Part shown: piece by piece, positions 34,680 to 47,205 of the stretch
Numbering within the stretch: position 1 is the stretch's first letter
Layout: every line of letters begins with the position of its first letter
Source of the DNA: Macrostomum lignano
Taxonomy: Eukaryota
NCBI GenBank assembly: GCA_002269645.1
Contig: NIVC01002157.1
Location: 134,433-198,432 of the forward strand
Direction of reading: 5' to 3'
Length of the DNA: 64,000 nt
Translations under genes and position numbers: made by a program
Notes under the pieces: model-generated
The model's database searches: none
Told to the model about the DNA's origin: nothing
Seen by the model: the letters and a program-made list of their open reading frames with translations, nothing else

Positions 34680-36015
34680 GGTGTCAGTTTGGTTGATGGT
34701 TTCTCAGATGCTGTGGTGTCAGTTTGGTTGATGGTTTCTCAGATTCTGTGGTGTCAGTTTGGTTGATGGTTTCTCAGATGCTGTGGTGTCAGTTTGGTTG
34801 ATGGTTTCTCAGATGCTGTGGTGTCAGTTTGGTTGATGGTTTCTCAGATTCTGTGGTGTCAGTTTGGTTGATGGTTTCTCAGATTCTGTGGTGTCAGTTT
34901 GGTTGATGGTTTCTCAGATTCTGTGGTGTCAGTTTGGTTGATGGTTTCTCAGATGCTGTGGTGTCAGTTTGGTTGATGGTTTCTCAGATGCTGTGGTGTC
35001 AGTTTGGTTGATGGTTTCTCAGATTCTGTGGTGTCAGTTTGGTTGATGGTTTCTCAGATGCTGTGGTGTCAGTTTGGTTGATGGTTTCTCAGATGCTGTG
35101 GTGTCAGTTTGGTTGATTGTTTCTCAGATTCTGTGGTGTCAGTTTGGTTGATGGTTTCTCAGATTCTGTGGTGTCAGTTTGGTTGATGGTTTCTCAGATT
35201 CTGTGGTGTCAGTTTGGTTGATGGTTTCTCAGATTCTGTGGTGTCAGTTTGGTTGATGGTTTCTCAGATGCTGTGGTGTCAGTTTGGTTGATGGTTTCTC
35301 AGATGCTGTGGTGTCAGTTTGGTTGATGGTTTCTCAGATGCTGTGGTGTCAGTTTGGTTGATGGTTTCTCAGATTCTGTGGTGTCAGTTTGGTTGATGGT
35401 TTCTCAGATGCTGTGGTGTCAGTTTGGTTGATGGTTTCTGAGATTCTGTGTTGTCAGTTTGGTTGATGGTTTCTCAGATGCTGTGGTGTCAGTTTGGTTG
35501 ATGGTTTCTCAGATGCTGTGGTGTCAGTTTGGTTGATGGTTTTCTCAGATGCTGTGGTGTCAGTTTGGTTGATGGTTTCTCAGATGCTGTGGTGTCAGTT
35601 TGGTTGATGGTTTCTCAGATTCTGTGGTGTCAGTTTGGTTGATGGTTTCTCAGATGCTGTGGTGTCAGTTTGGTTGATGGTTTCTCAGATGCTGTGGTGT
35701 CAGTTTGGTTGATGGTTTCTCAGATTCTGTGGTGTCAGTTTGGTTGATGGTTTCTCAGATGCTGTGGTGTCAGTTTGGTTGATGGTTTCTCAGATGCTGT
35801 GGTGTCAGTTTGGTTGATGGTTTCTCAGATTCTGTGGTGTCAGTTTGGTTGATGGTTTCTCAGATTCTGTGGTGTCAGTTTGGTTGATGGTTTCTCAGAT
35901 TCTGTGGTGTCAGTTTGGTTGATGGTTTCTCAGATGCTGTGGTGTCAGTTTGGTTGATGGCTTCTCAGATGCTGTGGTGTCAGTTTGGTTGATGGTTTCT
36001 GAGATTCTGTGTTGT
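34680..36015. repeat. 35-bp minisatellite (~38 copies)
   Basis: Unit GGTGTCAGTTTGGTTGATGGTTTCTCAGAT(G/T)CTGT. Confidence 0.95.
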
Positions 36016-37755
36016 CATCTTGGCCGTTGGGTTCCAAAGCAACCCTGGCGTTATTCCATTCAGATTTAATGCCGGATTACTCAGCATTCCATGAAAAAAA
36101 CAGCTTCTGTCTGACAGCCAGCTACCTCTGCTCTCCGCTTGCGTGAGTGGCAGCGCAGCCGGAATCGCGGATGTCGCGGCGGCTTCGGGTCGCGCACCTT
36201 CTTTTCCTTTCACACCTTTCTCCTTCCCCACCCGGCTTCCTCAACCTGGCCAGCGCATCCGCCTTTTCTCCCATCCGGCCCCAGCACCACCAGCGTGGAA
36301 ACAATGGGGGGCGGGGCGGCGGCTTGACACCCGCAAAGGCTGCCACGGCACAATGCGTCCAGATAGATTATAGGCGACGGAAAAACTCCCATTTTCCTCT
36401 ATACCGGCACAAGCTACTGCCAAAACCCGCCGACTGCAGCAACCAGCGGGACCTGCCAGGGAGAATGAATGGTTGGGGGAGCGACAAAGAGAAAGGGTGA
36501 ACTCTCTTTCTCTCTCTCTCTCTCTAGCCAGTCAGCCCAGATGCCTTTCGTCGCCTTTCGTCGCCTCTCCATCGGTCTCATTTTTGCCGCTGTTCTCTCT
36601 AACCAGCCAAGGCCTGATTGTCCTCCCTCTTTCCTCTTGTCTGTTGATTTTTAGCGAGCGTCCTTCCTCACTCGCATCTCAAACACAGCTGGAATGAGAG
36701 GATTAGATTAGCTAAGGTGCGGCAGGTAATTCTCCATGGCTCTCCCTGCCGGTCTCTGTATTGTTGAGATGCACAGACACCACACACACAGAATTTTCTG
36801 CCTTGAATTTCCCTCAGTTCCCGCCTGCCTCTCACCTCCCGCCTTACCGCTCTTGCGCCGCCGCTGGCGCTGACTGACAAGGGTGGGGCATGGCTTGGAG
36901 CGCGGAGAGGCACTGGAGAGAAACGAGAGAAGCAACCCCCCACTCAGCTTTTGATCTTGCCGACAGCTGTCAATCAAGCGCAGCAGGCGGGGTTTTGTGT
37001 CACGCAGAGGGGGGGACAATGCAGGCAGGCGCTGTCACTCTCTCTCTACCCCCTTCTAAGCCCTCCTAAGCCCCAAGCGCTGGGGCAGGCAGGGCTTCCA
37101 GAAATGCGTTTATCGCCTCTCGAGAGCCAGGATGATTGGCAGGTCGTCCCCCTCTCTCCTTCACTCAATCCACTCCAGCGGAGGAGCGGCAGAAGACTTA
37201 ACAGTAGTTTGCTGTTCTGACGGTATTGACATATGGATGGATTTTGGGGGGGGGGTTGCGGCGGCGGCGGCGGTTGAATTCGTTTGATGAGGCCCCGATG
37301 ATGCTGCTTGCCTGAAGAGAATTAAGACCCCCACCCGTCCAACCCAGCCCCGGGGAGGGTTGGCAGGGTGTTCGCCAAACTGGAGCAAATCTGCCTATTA
37401 ATGCTCTTTAATACAGGTAAGGAGACAAGAAGATCTCTGCTTCTGGAACTGTCTGGGGCCTGCACGCACACGCCTCGAACTGGGGAAGGGCCCATGGTCC
37501 AATGCCAGTTGCCCACTGTAATTGCTAAGCTTACTAAGCCAGGTCTTTTCCCATTGGTCGAGGTGGGCTTCAACTGACACCGCCTCCCCCCCCTAGCCCC
37601 TGTCACGGAGAATTATATTGAAAAGGCTAGGTGGAGAAGGAAGGAGGTTAAGACTAGGATTGACACGGAGATCCCTTTGCTTAAACTATATACTGGACTC
37701 TCGCGAATTCTGCAGTCAGACAGTGCCATCAGGCGAGATTTAATCAATTAATTCA

Positions 37756-37886
37756 ATGTCAGCCGCCACAGCGTCTAATGCGAACTCGAGTGCAGCGACG
37801 AAGAGCAAGTCGAGCTCGGCGGGAAAAGGCAGCAGCAGCGCAGTCAGTACCTTCATCCGGACTTCTTGGAGGCCCCCAGTTGCTTG
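37756..37886 (+). CDS. noc: NET-family zinc-finger gene (noc/elbow, ZNF703/ZNF503-like), exon 1; needs +1 nt or a -1 shift at GGGAAAA (37821-37827)
   Basis: The frame ending at TTG|gtgagt reads QYLHPDFLEAPSCL, which fits the NET motif QYLHPEYL before DxKxSPLALL. The only upstream ATGs (37756, 37778) are out of that frame. Confidence 0.7.
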
Positions 37887-38199
37887 GTGAGTCCAAATCC
37901 ACCTAATTTGGTCTGCCCAAGAATAGCTCGTACAAGAGAAATTGAGACATGGCACTTAGAGGCCCTTATTCCAAAATCAGCTTGGTGGACTTAAGGAATC
38001 GTGAGCTATAGCCCAAATAGAATGCAGTTTAAACCAAATTAGTTGCTGGTTTTCTGCACGTCTATAGCAATTAGCAAACCAAGTCTGGCAAAAAGGTATA
38101 CTTGGCACAGAAATCAATAATAGCCTTTTAGCTATAGAGATATGGACATTATTAGCGGCCGGGCTGCAGTCGTCATGAAGAGCTTAGCACTTTTGTGCT

Positions 38200-38788
38200 A
38201 TGGTCCAACTTGTAGCCAGAGTTAATGTTGAATCGATGTGTCTATGGTCCAAACTTGTAGCCAGAGTTAATCGTTGAATCGATGTGTCTATGGTCCAACT
38301 TGTAGCCAGAGTTAATCGTTGAATCGATGTGTCTATGGTCCAACTTGTAGCCAGAGTTAATCGTTGAATCGATGTGTCTATGGTCCAACTTGTAGCCAGA
38401 GTTGATCGTTGAATCGATGTGTCTATGGTCAACTTGTAGCCAGAGTTGATCGTTGAATCGATGTGTCTATGGTCCAACTTGTAGCCAGAGTTAATCATTG
38501 AATCGATGTGTCTATGGTCCAACTTGTAGCCAGAGTTAATCGTTGAATCGATGTGTCTATGGTCCAACTTGTAGCCAGAGTTAATCGTTGAATCGATGTG
38601 TCTATGGTCCAACTTGTAGCCAGAGTTAATCGTTGAATCGATGTGTCTATGGTCCAACTTGTAGCCAGAGTTAATCGTTGAATCGATGTTTCTATAGTCC
38701 AACTTGTAGCCAGAGTTAATCGTTGAATCGATGTGTCTATGGTCCAACTTGTAGCCAGAGTTGATCGTTGAATCGATGTGTCTATGGT
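38200..38788. repeat. 45-bp minisatellite (~13 copies) in the noc intron
   Basis: Unit GTCCAACTTGTAGCCAGAGTTAATCGTTGAATCGATGTGTCTATG. Confidence 0.93.
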
Positions 38789-40423
38789 CCTCGGAGCCAG
38801 CCATAGACACAGCGGGGAGACCTAGAGTGGCTGAGGCTGACTAAAGCAGTTAAGACCGGGCCAGGGCTGACAAACGCAGGCGAGCAATGAGACTGACAGC
38901 TCGTGCTGGTTATTCTCGGCCCAAAAGGAGATGAGGGAGAGGAAGAGAGAAGGAGAAAAAAATCCTTTAAAAAATGTCACTCCTCGTGAGAATGACAGAT
39001 CCGCCTGTGCCCGTCCGTCAGTCAGTCAGTTTGCCTGTCTGTCTGTCTGTCTGTCTGTTTGCAGGAGTTTGCGAAGACGAAGGTGCGACGCCCCTGCCTG
39101 TGGGTAAACACGCAGCGCTTGGGCAAATGTGGAAGGATGAAGGAGAGTCAGGAGGCTGATGTTGGGAACCTTGGAGATGGAAGTGTGTGCAGGATGGTCT
39201 ACCCCCACCCCAGACCCGCCAGAGCAATGATTGACACCTTTCCCGTCATACAGTCCCAAGTCCTGGTGACGGAATTTCGCTAATAGCTGATTAAGCGGCC
39301 CAGCCAGGTGTCACAGGGGCTGCCTGCCTGTCCGCCCTGTCTGTCTGTCTGTCTTTCTTTTCCTTTTGCGCCTGTCCTTCAGCAGAACCGATCGACTCGA
39401 CATCTCCATGCAGCTATAGCCATCACTCTTCTGCGGGTTTCTGCCGCTCCAATAACACAGCACAAGAGCGTTGCGTAACTAGACTTTCTAGTTATGGGAG
39501 TCTGGGGGCGGATGGACTGTGGATGAAGAATAACAAACCCATCACGGCCCTTCAGTCTTGACTGTGTTGTTCTAACAAATTATACAATTAAAACAGCAAA
39601 AAATTGATTTTCCTAATTCAAAATAATTCAATACGACTCGGTTGCCATGGGCTTTAGCGGACTAAGACTGCACCACGGAGTCTGGGGGGGGGGCATTATT
39701 GATTGGCCGGCAATGTCAAAAGACAAGGCATTAATCATACAAGTATGAGAGAGAGAGAGGGGTTCTCCATCTGAAAAGATAGATGATGGCCCGGCCAGCA
39801 CCAGCATCAGTCAATGCGGTCATTTATATTGGCAATTCCTCATTAGCCCAGCCTACTACAGATCCTAAATCCTTATAGTCAATGAATGAACTCAACTTAC
39901 TCAACAGGTACAGTATAGGGAGGCCTATTCAGCCAGAATGAATATCTGAGCCTTGAGCTGACAGGCCTGCAGGCCCCGCCATCTCCCCCCTTCGGTCCCT
40001 ATCAATCAATCGGTCCCCAGGTCCACAATAACCCCCCCCCCCCCAGTCACTCCCGAGCAGCGATATAAATAATGGGAGCATGATTGAGAAAGCCGTGTCA
40101 GTGGGGGGAGGCAAGCCCAACTTTTGCGTCGTGCATGACGTGCATGAGGGGGAGGCAGGGAGGGGGCCCCGACCCCTCCGGCTTTGATTTATCGCTGCCC
40201 GCCTCCCCGACTCAAGCCGTCATGAGCTCTGATGAATGAGGTCTCCCAGCCTCCGCTTCTGGACTGGACTTTGCGACCTCAGCCTTATTTTAGCGACTAG
40301 GGATTTGGGAAATGATCCGCGTTGAAAGCCTGAAGCGGTTTAGTCTGCCAAGTTAGAAATTGTTCACTTCCCTTGGTAGCTAGCAACATCTAGAACAGGG
40401 TTATCTTCTCTGCTCTAGTGAAA

Positions 40424-40844
40424 CAGGGGTCCTTTGAAACTTCACAATAGCAATACCAAGTTTTTTGTCTCTTCTCAGCTCTCTTCTCTCCTCTCTCTTC
40501 TCTCCTCTCTCCTCTCTTCTCTCTTCTCTCTCCTATTTCCCGTCTCCTCTCTCCTCTCTCTTCTCTTCTCTCTATTCTCTCTTCTCTCCTCTCTATTCTC
40601 TCTTCTCTCCTCTCTATTCTCTCTTCTCTCCTCTCTATTCTCTCTTCTCTCCTCTCTCCTATCTCCGTCTCCTCTCTCCTCTCATCTCATCTCTCCTCTC
40701 CCTTTATCTCTCATCCCATCACTCATCTAGTCTTTCCTCTCATCTCTTCTCTATTCGCTCCTTTTCTCTCTGTCATCTGGCCCGCAGCCATGAGCTGTAT
40801 TCTTTATCCGGCCCTTTGAGGTAAAAAAAAATTCCGACCCCTTG
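40424..40844. mobile_element. hAT-like MITE with a CT-rich interior
   Basis: Starts CAGGGGTC and ends GACCCCTTG; ends shared with ~23815-23868 (inverted) and 13820-13887; no TSD recognised. Confidence 0.5.
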
Positions 40845-41186
40845 ATCTCTACTTTCAATTTGATTTTTCTGCCTTTAACAAAAGCAGCAACTCTTCTGTC
40901 TCTTCACATTGTGGAAACGCGGCGCCGTCTGTTCCGCTGCAAATTGGGGGGGGGGGGGTTAAAGTGGCGAAAGAGGAAGATTGGTTTCTATTCCTGTGTC
41001 CGACTTCTGCAGTGCCTCCTCACCACTCTCAGTGTGCGCGGCCACTTGAGAGCAGCGGCCGGGTCCTCGAGAAAAGTGAAATAAATTTCTCTAGCCAAAC
41101 TCCAGAACTGGGCAGAGCTGAGAACGGCGGGGAAAATGAAAGAAACAAATTGATTGATTATTGTTATTATTACAATACTATTACAG

Positions 41187-42341
41187 ACCGACCCAAAGCA
41201 GAGTCCGCTCGCTCTGCTGGTGAAGACCTGCGACAGCATCGGCTCGGGCTCAGAGCATCACTCGGCTGCAACAACTGGCGCCAGCAGCGGCGCCTCCCGC
41301 TCCGCCAGCCGTCGCTCCGCTGGAAGCCGGCCGCCGTCGGCGACCAACGCAGTCGATGCCGGAGCCCCGCCACCGCTGAAGCGGCCCGCCAGTCCCGCCA
41401 GCCGCGGCGGCTTCGGGCAGCCTCGCCCGGCTAAGCAGCGCTCGCCGCAGTCGCCGCCACCGCCGCTGCCGCCGCCGCCGCCTCCGCCCCAATCGAATCC
41501 GTTGAAGTCAGCTGAGTCGCCGACTTCGGCTTCATCGGCTGCGGCGATCGCGGCGGCGATGGCGGCTGCCGCAGCTGCAGTTGCTGGAGGCGGCCCGCAC
41601 CAGCAGCAGCAACAGCAGCATGCCTCTCCGCCGCTCTCCTATCCGCCGATGTTCCCGCCTTTCCACCATCATCAGCCGCATCATCAGCAGCATCTGGCCA
41701 CCTGGGGACTCGGCGCTGTGCCCGAAGGCCACTCGGCCGCCGTCTGCACCTGTCCGCACTGCGTCCACGCCCGGGCCCTGGTGGACTATCTCTACGCCTC
41801 GGCGGCGGCGGCCGCGGCAGCCTCAGCTGCGGCCGAAACCAGCACCGCGTTAACGACGACCAGCACCAGCAGCAGCAGCAGCTCCGGTCAGCAGCAGCAG
41901 CGCCGCCAGCATTCGTCCCCGGCGCCGCAGACTCCCCAGGCCGAGTTCTGCATCTTCTGCGGCCGGCACTGCCCGACCCCCGAGCAGCTGGTGCGGCACA
42001 TGCGCTCGCACGAGTCGTCCTCGTTTGCGACGTCGGTTGCGTCGGCGCCGCCAGCAGCTCCGCAGCTCAGCCCGTTCAGCGGGCCGCCGTCTCCGCCACA
42101 GATGCCGACTTTGCCAACTTCGTCGTCGCATCATAACGCGACGCTGGCTTACGCGGCCGCTGCCGCCGCCGCCGCAGCAATGCAGCAGCCGCATCAGCAG
42201 CACCAGCAGCTGGAGTCGATGCGCAAGTGGGCGGCAGCGGCGGCGGCGGCAGCGGCGCCCCTGGATCAGCGCTACCAGCCCTACCGCAGCCTTCTCGGCC
42301 GCCTGCAGTTCCCTCATTTCGGGGCGGCGCCCCTGGTCTGA
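41187..42341 (+). CDS. noc: NET-family zinc-finger gene, exon 2
   Basis: ttacag| phase 0; Sp motif SPLALLVKTCDSIG; Buttonhead box CTCPHC; single C2H2 finger CIFC...HMRSH; C-terminal RYQPY; poly-Ala/Gln runs. Confidence 0.92.
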   Translation, partial: TDPKQSPLALLVKTCDSIGSGSEHHSAATTGASSGASRSASRRSAGSRPPSATNAVDAGAPPPLKRPASPASRGGFGQPRPAKQRSPQSPPPPLPPPPPPPQSNPLKSAESPTSASSAAAIAAAMAAAAAAVAGGGPHQQQQQQHASPPLSYPPMFPPFHHHQPHHQQHLATWGLGAVPEGHSAAVCTCPHCVHARALVDYLYASAAAAAAASAAAETSTALTTTSTSSSSSSGQQQQRRQHSSPAPQTPQAEFCIFCGRHCPTPEQLVRHMRSHESSSFATSVASAPPAAPQLSPFSGPPSPPQMPTLPTSSSHHNATLAYAAAAAAAAAMQQPHQQHQQLESMRKWAAAAAAAAAPLDQRYQPYRSLLGRLQFPHFGAAPLV

Positions 42342-43080
42342 CTGGCTCAAGCAGACTGACAGATAAACAATTGCACCTCTCAATTCTCGACTAAACTCTC
42401 TCGCTTCCCATTGGCCTCCGCTTCATGAACATCGTGTAATTACGCGTATTATTAGCGATATTCGGCCTGCATAGCAACGCTCTGCATACTTATAGTATCG
42501 ATTCGTCCCTGTATTCCTCGCGCTTGGTTCTTGATGTACACACAGCAACAGTAGCAGCAGAACTATAGAATGCGCTGTACTTGCTATAAGCTGAGTAAAT
42601 TATAATAATAGTAGCAGATTACTTATTTTGCATTAAGTCGGTCGATATTTTATATCTATGTATATGTACAGTATGTATGTATATATAATCATATAATCCT
42701 CTTCTTCAACCTCAAGAATAATAGGTTAAATAAAGAGGCAAGTCAAGCAAAAAGTGCCAATCAACACTGCTAAATTGTTATATTTACAACCCTGCTGTCC
42801 TGACTAATGCAGCTTTGTCAGCTCTGTTTCAAATTAAATAATTAGGTGATCAAAATAATCCAACTTGTGCTAAAGAATACCACGTTGGCTTGTTCTGTAA
42901 TAACATTATGCAATATATAAACCTTCATACATTATAAAAAGTAAATATAAATATTTCATACAGTATGCAACTATCTCAGCGCTGAGATAAAAACTGCTAA
43001 TGTGATCCATTACGTACCTATTCATCGGTTGCCTTGTTATCCGATTGTTTTTTCTCTAAGAAACAGGTAGGGAAAATATG

Positions 43081-43812
43081 TCAAGAGAGTGACAGTTGCA
43101 GATAAGAGAGTGACAGTTGCAGATAAGAGAGTGACAGTTGCAGATAAGAGAGTGACAATAATAGATAAGAGAGTGACAGTTGTAGATAAGAGAGTGACAG
43201 TTGTAGATAAGAGAGTGAAAATAATAGATAAGAGAGTGACAGTTGCAGATAAGAGAGTGACAGTTGTAGATAAGAGAGTGACAGTTGCAGATAAGAGAGT
43301 GACAGTTGTAGATAAGAGAGTGACAGTTGCAGATAAGAGAGTGACAGTTGCAGATAAGAGAGTGACAGTTGCAGATAAGAGAGTGACAGTTGTAGATAAG
43401 AGAGTGACAGTTGCAGATAAGAGGGTGACAGTTGTAGATAAGAGAGTGACAGTTGCAGATAAGAGAGTGACAGTTGCAGACAGGAGAGTGACAGTTGTAG
43501 ATAAGAGAGTGACAGTTGCAGATAAGAGAGTGACAGTTGTAGATAAGAGAGTGACAGTTGCAGATAAGAGAGTGACAGTTGTAGATAAGAGAGTGACAGT
43601 TGCAGACAAGAGAGTGACAGTTGTAGATAAGAGAGTGACAGTTGCAGATAAGCGAGTGACAGTTGTAGATAAGAGAGTGACAGTTGCAGATAAGCGAGTG
43701 ACAGTTGTAGATAAGAGAGTGACAGTTGCAGATAAGAGAGTGACAGTTGCAGACAAGAGAGTGACAGTTGCAGATAAGAGAGTGACAGTTGCAGACAAGA
43801 GAGTGACAGTTG
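43081..43812. repeat. 21-bp minisatellite (~35 copies)
   Basis: Unit GTGACAGTTG(C/T)AGATAAGAGA. Confidence 0.95.
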
Positions 43813-44399
43813 AGCATTATAGAAAAGACAAGCAAGATATTTAAACAATTATAAACACTTGCTCTCGAATCGCTCAAATTCAATCAGATTAAGAGAATCA
43901 GATTCTCTTAGATTCTGATTCAGAATCAGAATCGGATTAACAGTATTTTGTTACCTGTAATTGCATGGTTGCTTAGAAAATATGCAACTTTATTTAGAAA
44001 AGAGAGAAAGCAAAAAGCAAAGCTAAAGTTTAGGCCAGCAGACTTTCCCACGGGTCTGTCGGTTTTGTCGGCAAAGATCAAAAGAAACGCTAAGCTCAGT
44101 ACGAGTAGGAGTAAACTATATAATCCAACCCTTGTTTACCCGTTTCGCTAAGCATTTTATGGAGAATTTGAAAGAAAAATTTCGGGAAATGAGCGACTTA
44201 GCGGGCACTGCTAGGACTGGCTGACAGACAGACAGGCAACCTGCTAACCTGCGGTTAGAACTGTAAACTGAATGCTGATTGACTGACACTGAGAGTCAGG
44301 CAGATAGAATATGCAAATTGGGAGTGTTATAAAAGTAGTGGCAAATAACTTAATGCGATAGGAAGATTAAGCTGAGAGTAAGGTGATGCAGTTGAGAGA

Positions 44400-45070
44400 A
44401 TCAGAGAAGGAAATAGGAAGAGTCAGGATTAAGCTGAGAGTCAGGGGATGAGATTAAGGTGAGAGTCAGAAGATGAGATTATGCTCAGAATCAGAGAATG
44501 AGACAAGCTGAGAGTCAGATGATGAGACAAGCTGAGAGTCAGAGGATGAGATTAGAAGAGTCAGGAGAATTAGCTGGGAGTCAGAGGATGAGATTAGAAG
44601 AGTCAGGAGAATTAGCTGGGAGTCAGAGGATGAGATTAGAAAAGTCAGGAGAATTAGCTGGGAGTCAGAGGATGAGATTAGAAGAGTCAGGAGAATTAGC
44701 TGGGAGTCAGAGGATGAGATTAGAAGAGTCAGGAGAATTAGCTGGGAGTCAGAGGATGAGATTAGAAGAGTCAGGAGAATTAGCTGGGAGTCAGAGAATG
44801 AGATTAGAAGAGTCAGGAGAATTAGCTGGGAGTCAGAGAATGAGATTAGAAGAGTCAGGAGAATTAGCTGGGAGTCAGAGGATGCAGTTGAGAGAATCAA
44901 AGAAGGAAATAAAGAGTCAGAGGATGAGATTAAGCTGAGAGTTAGAGGATGAGATTAAGCTAAGAGTCAGATGATGAGATTAAGCTGAGAGTCAGACGAT
45001 GAGATTAAGCTAAGAGTCAGAGGATGAGAATAAGCTGAGAGTCAGAGGATGAGACAAGCCGAGAGTCAGA
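44400..45070. repeat. 42-bp minisatellite core (44530-44890) with ~21-bp degenerate flanks
   Basis: Unit GGGAGTCAGAGGATGAGATTAGAAGAGTCAGGAGAATTAGCT. Confidence 0.88.
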
Positions 45071-45523
45071 GGAGAGATAGTGAAAGCCGGATATAGGAAG
45101 GGCGACTAGCTGATGCAGTCAGTCAGTTAATCCTTTATCATTTCCGGCGCCCACAGTCAGCAGTCGCAGTTTGTAGCGACAGTTCTGTCGGGTTTAGCTC
45201 GGTGGCCGGCATCTTCTGATCAAGAGGAGAAGCAGAGAGAGAAACTGATTGATTGATTGATTGATTGATTGATGACCCGGTATGCGGCCGCGGCACCTTG
45301 TGGAAATCCAAATCGACGGACAGACGGAATTGACGAGGCAAGAAAAATGGGTATAGGAGAGGTGAAGAATGAACGAGCTGCAATCCTTGCGCCCCGGTTT
45401 TTTCTTTTAGTCCTTCTTCTTCTGCTTCTTCTTCTTGGCCGTTGAGTTCAAGGAGTTCGAAGACATGGAAAATCTGGTAAAAGAAACTGCCTGGTGACTT
45501 TTTGATTCTGATATCCTGATAAC

Positions 45524-46150
45524 GGCATGGCACTCCCCGGTATGGCACTCCCCGGCATGGCACTTCCCGGTATGGCACTCCTCGGTATGGCACTCCCCGG
45601 TATGGCACTCCTCGGTATGGCACTCCCCGGTATGGCACTCCCCGGTATGGCACTCCCCGGTATGGCACTCCCCGGTATGGCACTCCCCGGTATGGCACTC
45701 CCCGGTATGGCACTCCCCGGTATGGCACTCCTCGGCATGGCACTTCCCGGCATGGCACTCCCCGGTATGGCACTTCCCGGTATGGCACTCCCCGGTAGGC
45801 ACTCCCCGGTATAGCACTCCCCGGTATGGCACTTCCCGGTATGGCACTCCCCGGTATAGCACTCCCCGGCATGGCACTCCCCGGCATGGCACTCCCCGGC
45901 ATGGCACTCCCCGGTATGGCACTCCCCGGCATGGCACTTCCCGGTATGGCACTCCCCGGTATGGCACTCCCCGGTATGGCACTCCCCGGTATGGCACTCC
46001 CCGGTATGGCACTCCCCGGTATGGCACTCCCCGGTATGGCACTCCCCGGTATGGCACTCCCCGGTATGGCACTCCTCGGCATGGCACTTCCCGGCATGGC
46101 ACTCCCCGGTATGGCACTCCCCGGTATGGCACTCCCCGGTATGGCACTCC
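45524..46150. repeat. 15-bp minisatellite (~42 copies)
   Basis: Unit ATGGCACTCCCCGGT. Confidence 0.95.
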
Positions 46151-46439
46151 TTGACTCTCTTTAATCGCACTCCAGACCCTGTATCCATAGAATTCCATGA
46201 CAATGGCGCGATCTCCTTGACCAATTATCGTCAGCCGGGCAGTCGGTCGGGCTTTGATAAATCGAGCAATGCCGATTGCTCGAGGCTGCGGCGATGATGA
46301 AGGAGACTGGATTAGGGCGTGGTATGTTCAGACCTGCATGGCTTTTAAGATGGATTCCCTTTCCTGCCTGAATAGACAGCCTGCTGCAGATGCGGATCTC
46401 AGATTTCGAAAATTCCCAATTTTCGACTCCGAAACCCCA

Positions 46440-47205
46440 GCTATTCGAATCCGAAAATCCCAACTACCAAATCCGAAATCCCAATAAATTTAATTCAAAA
46501 TCCCCAATAAACCGAATCCAAAATCCCAACTATTCGAATCCGAAATCCCAACTATTCGAATCCGAAATCCCAACTATTCGAATCCGAAATCCCAACTATT
46601 CGAATCCGAAATCCCAACTATTCGAATCCAAAATTCCAACTATTCGAATCTGAAATTCCAAATATTCGAATCTGAAATTCCAATTATTCGAATCCGAAAT
46701 CCCAACTATTCGAATCTGAAATTCCAAATATTCGAATCCGAAATCCCAACTATTCGAATCCGAAATCCCAACTATTCGAATCTGAAATTCCAAATATTCG
46801 AATCCGAAATCCCAACTATTCGAATCCAAAATTCCAACTATTCGAATCTGAAATTCCAAATATTCGAATCCGAAATCCCAACTATTCGAATCCAAAATTC
46901 CAACTATTCGAATCTGAAATTCCAAATATTCGAATCCGAAATCCCAACTATTCGAATCCGAAATCCCAACTATTCGAATCCGAAATCCCAACTATTCGAA
47001 TCTGAAATTCCAAATATTCGAATCTGAAATTCCAATTATTCGAATCCGAAATCCCAACTATTCGAATCCGAAATCCCAACTATTCGAATCTGAAATTCCA
47101 AATTCGAATTCCCTATTCGAATCCAAAATTCCAACTATTCGAATCCAAAATTCCAACTATTCGAATCTGAAATCCCAACTATTCGTATCCGAAATCCCAA
47201 TTATT
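46440..47205. repeat. 21-22-bp minisatellite
   Basis: Unit TTCGAATCCGAAATCCCAACTA, with a TTCGAATCTGAAATTCCAAATA variant. Confidence 0.92.

Noticed and set aside
28700-36015. Regular 24-46-bp repeats as CRISPR arrays
   Set aside because: The units are contiguous with no unique spacers, there are no cas genes, and the context is eukaryotic.
43037-43883. 250-aa repeat ORFs here and at 22653-23439, 30371-30901, 38184-38810, 44466-44938 and 58274-58780
   Set aside because: Unit lengths are multiples of 3, so several frames on both strands are open; these are non-coding minisatellites.
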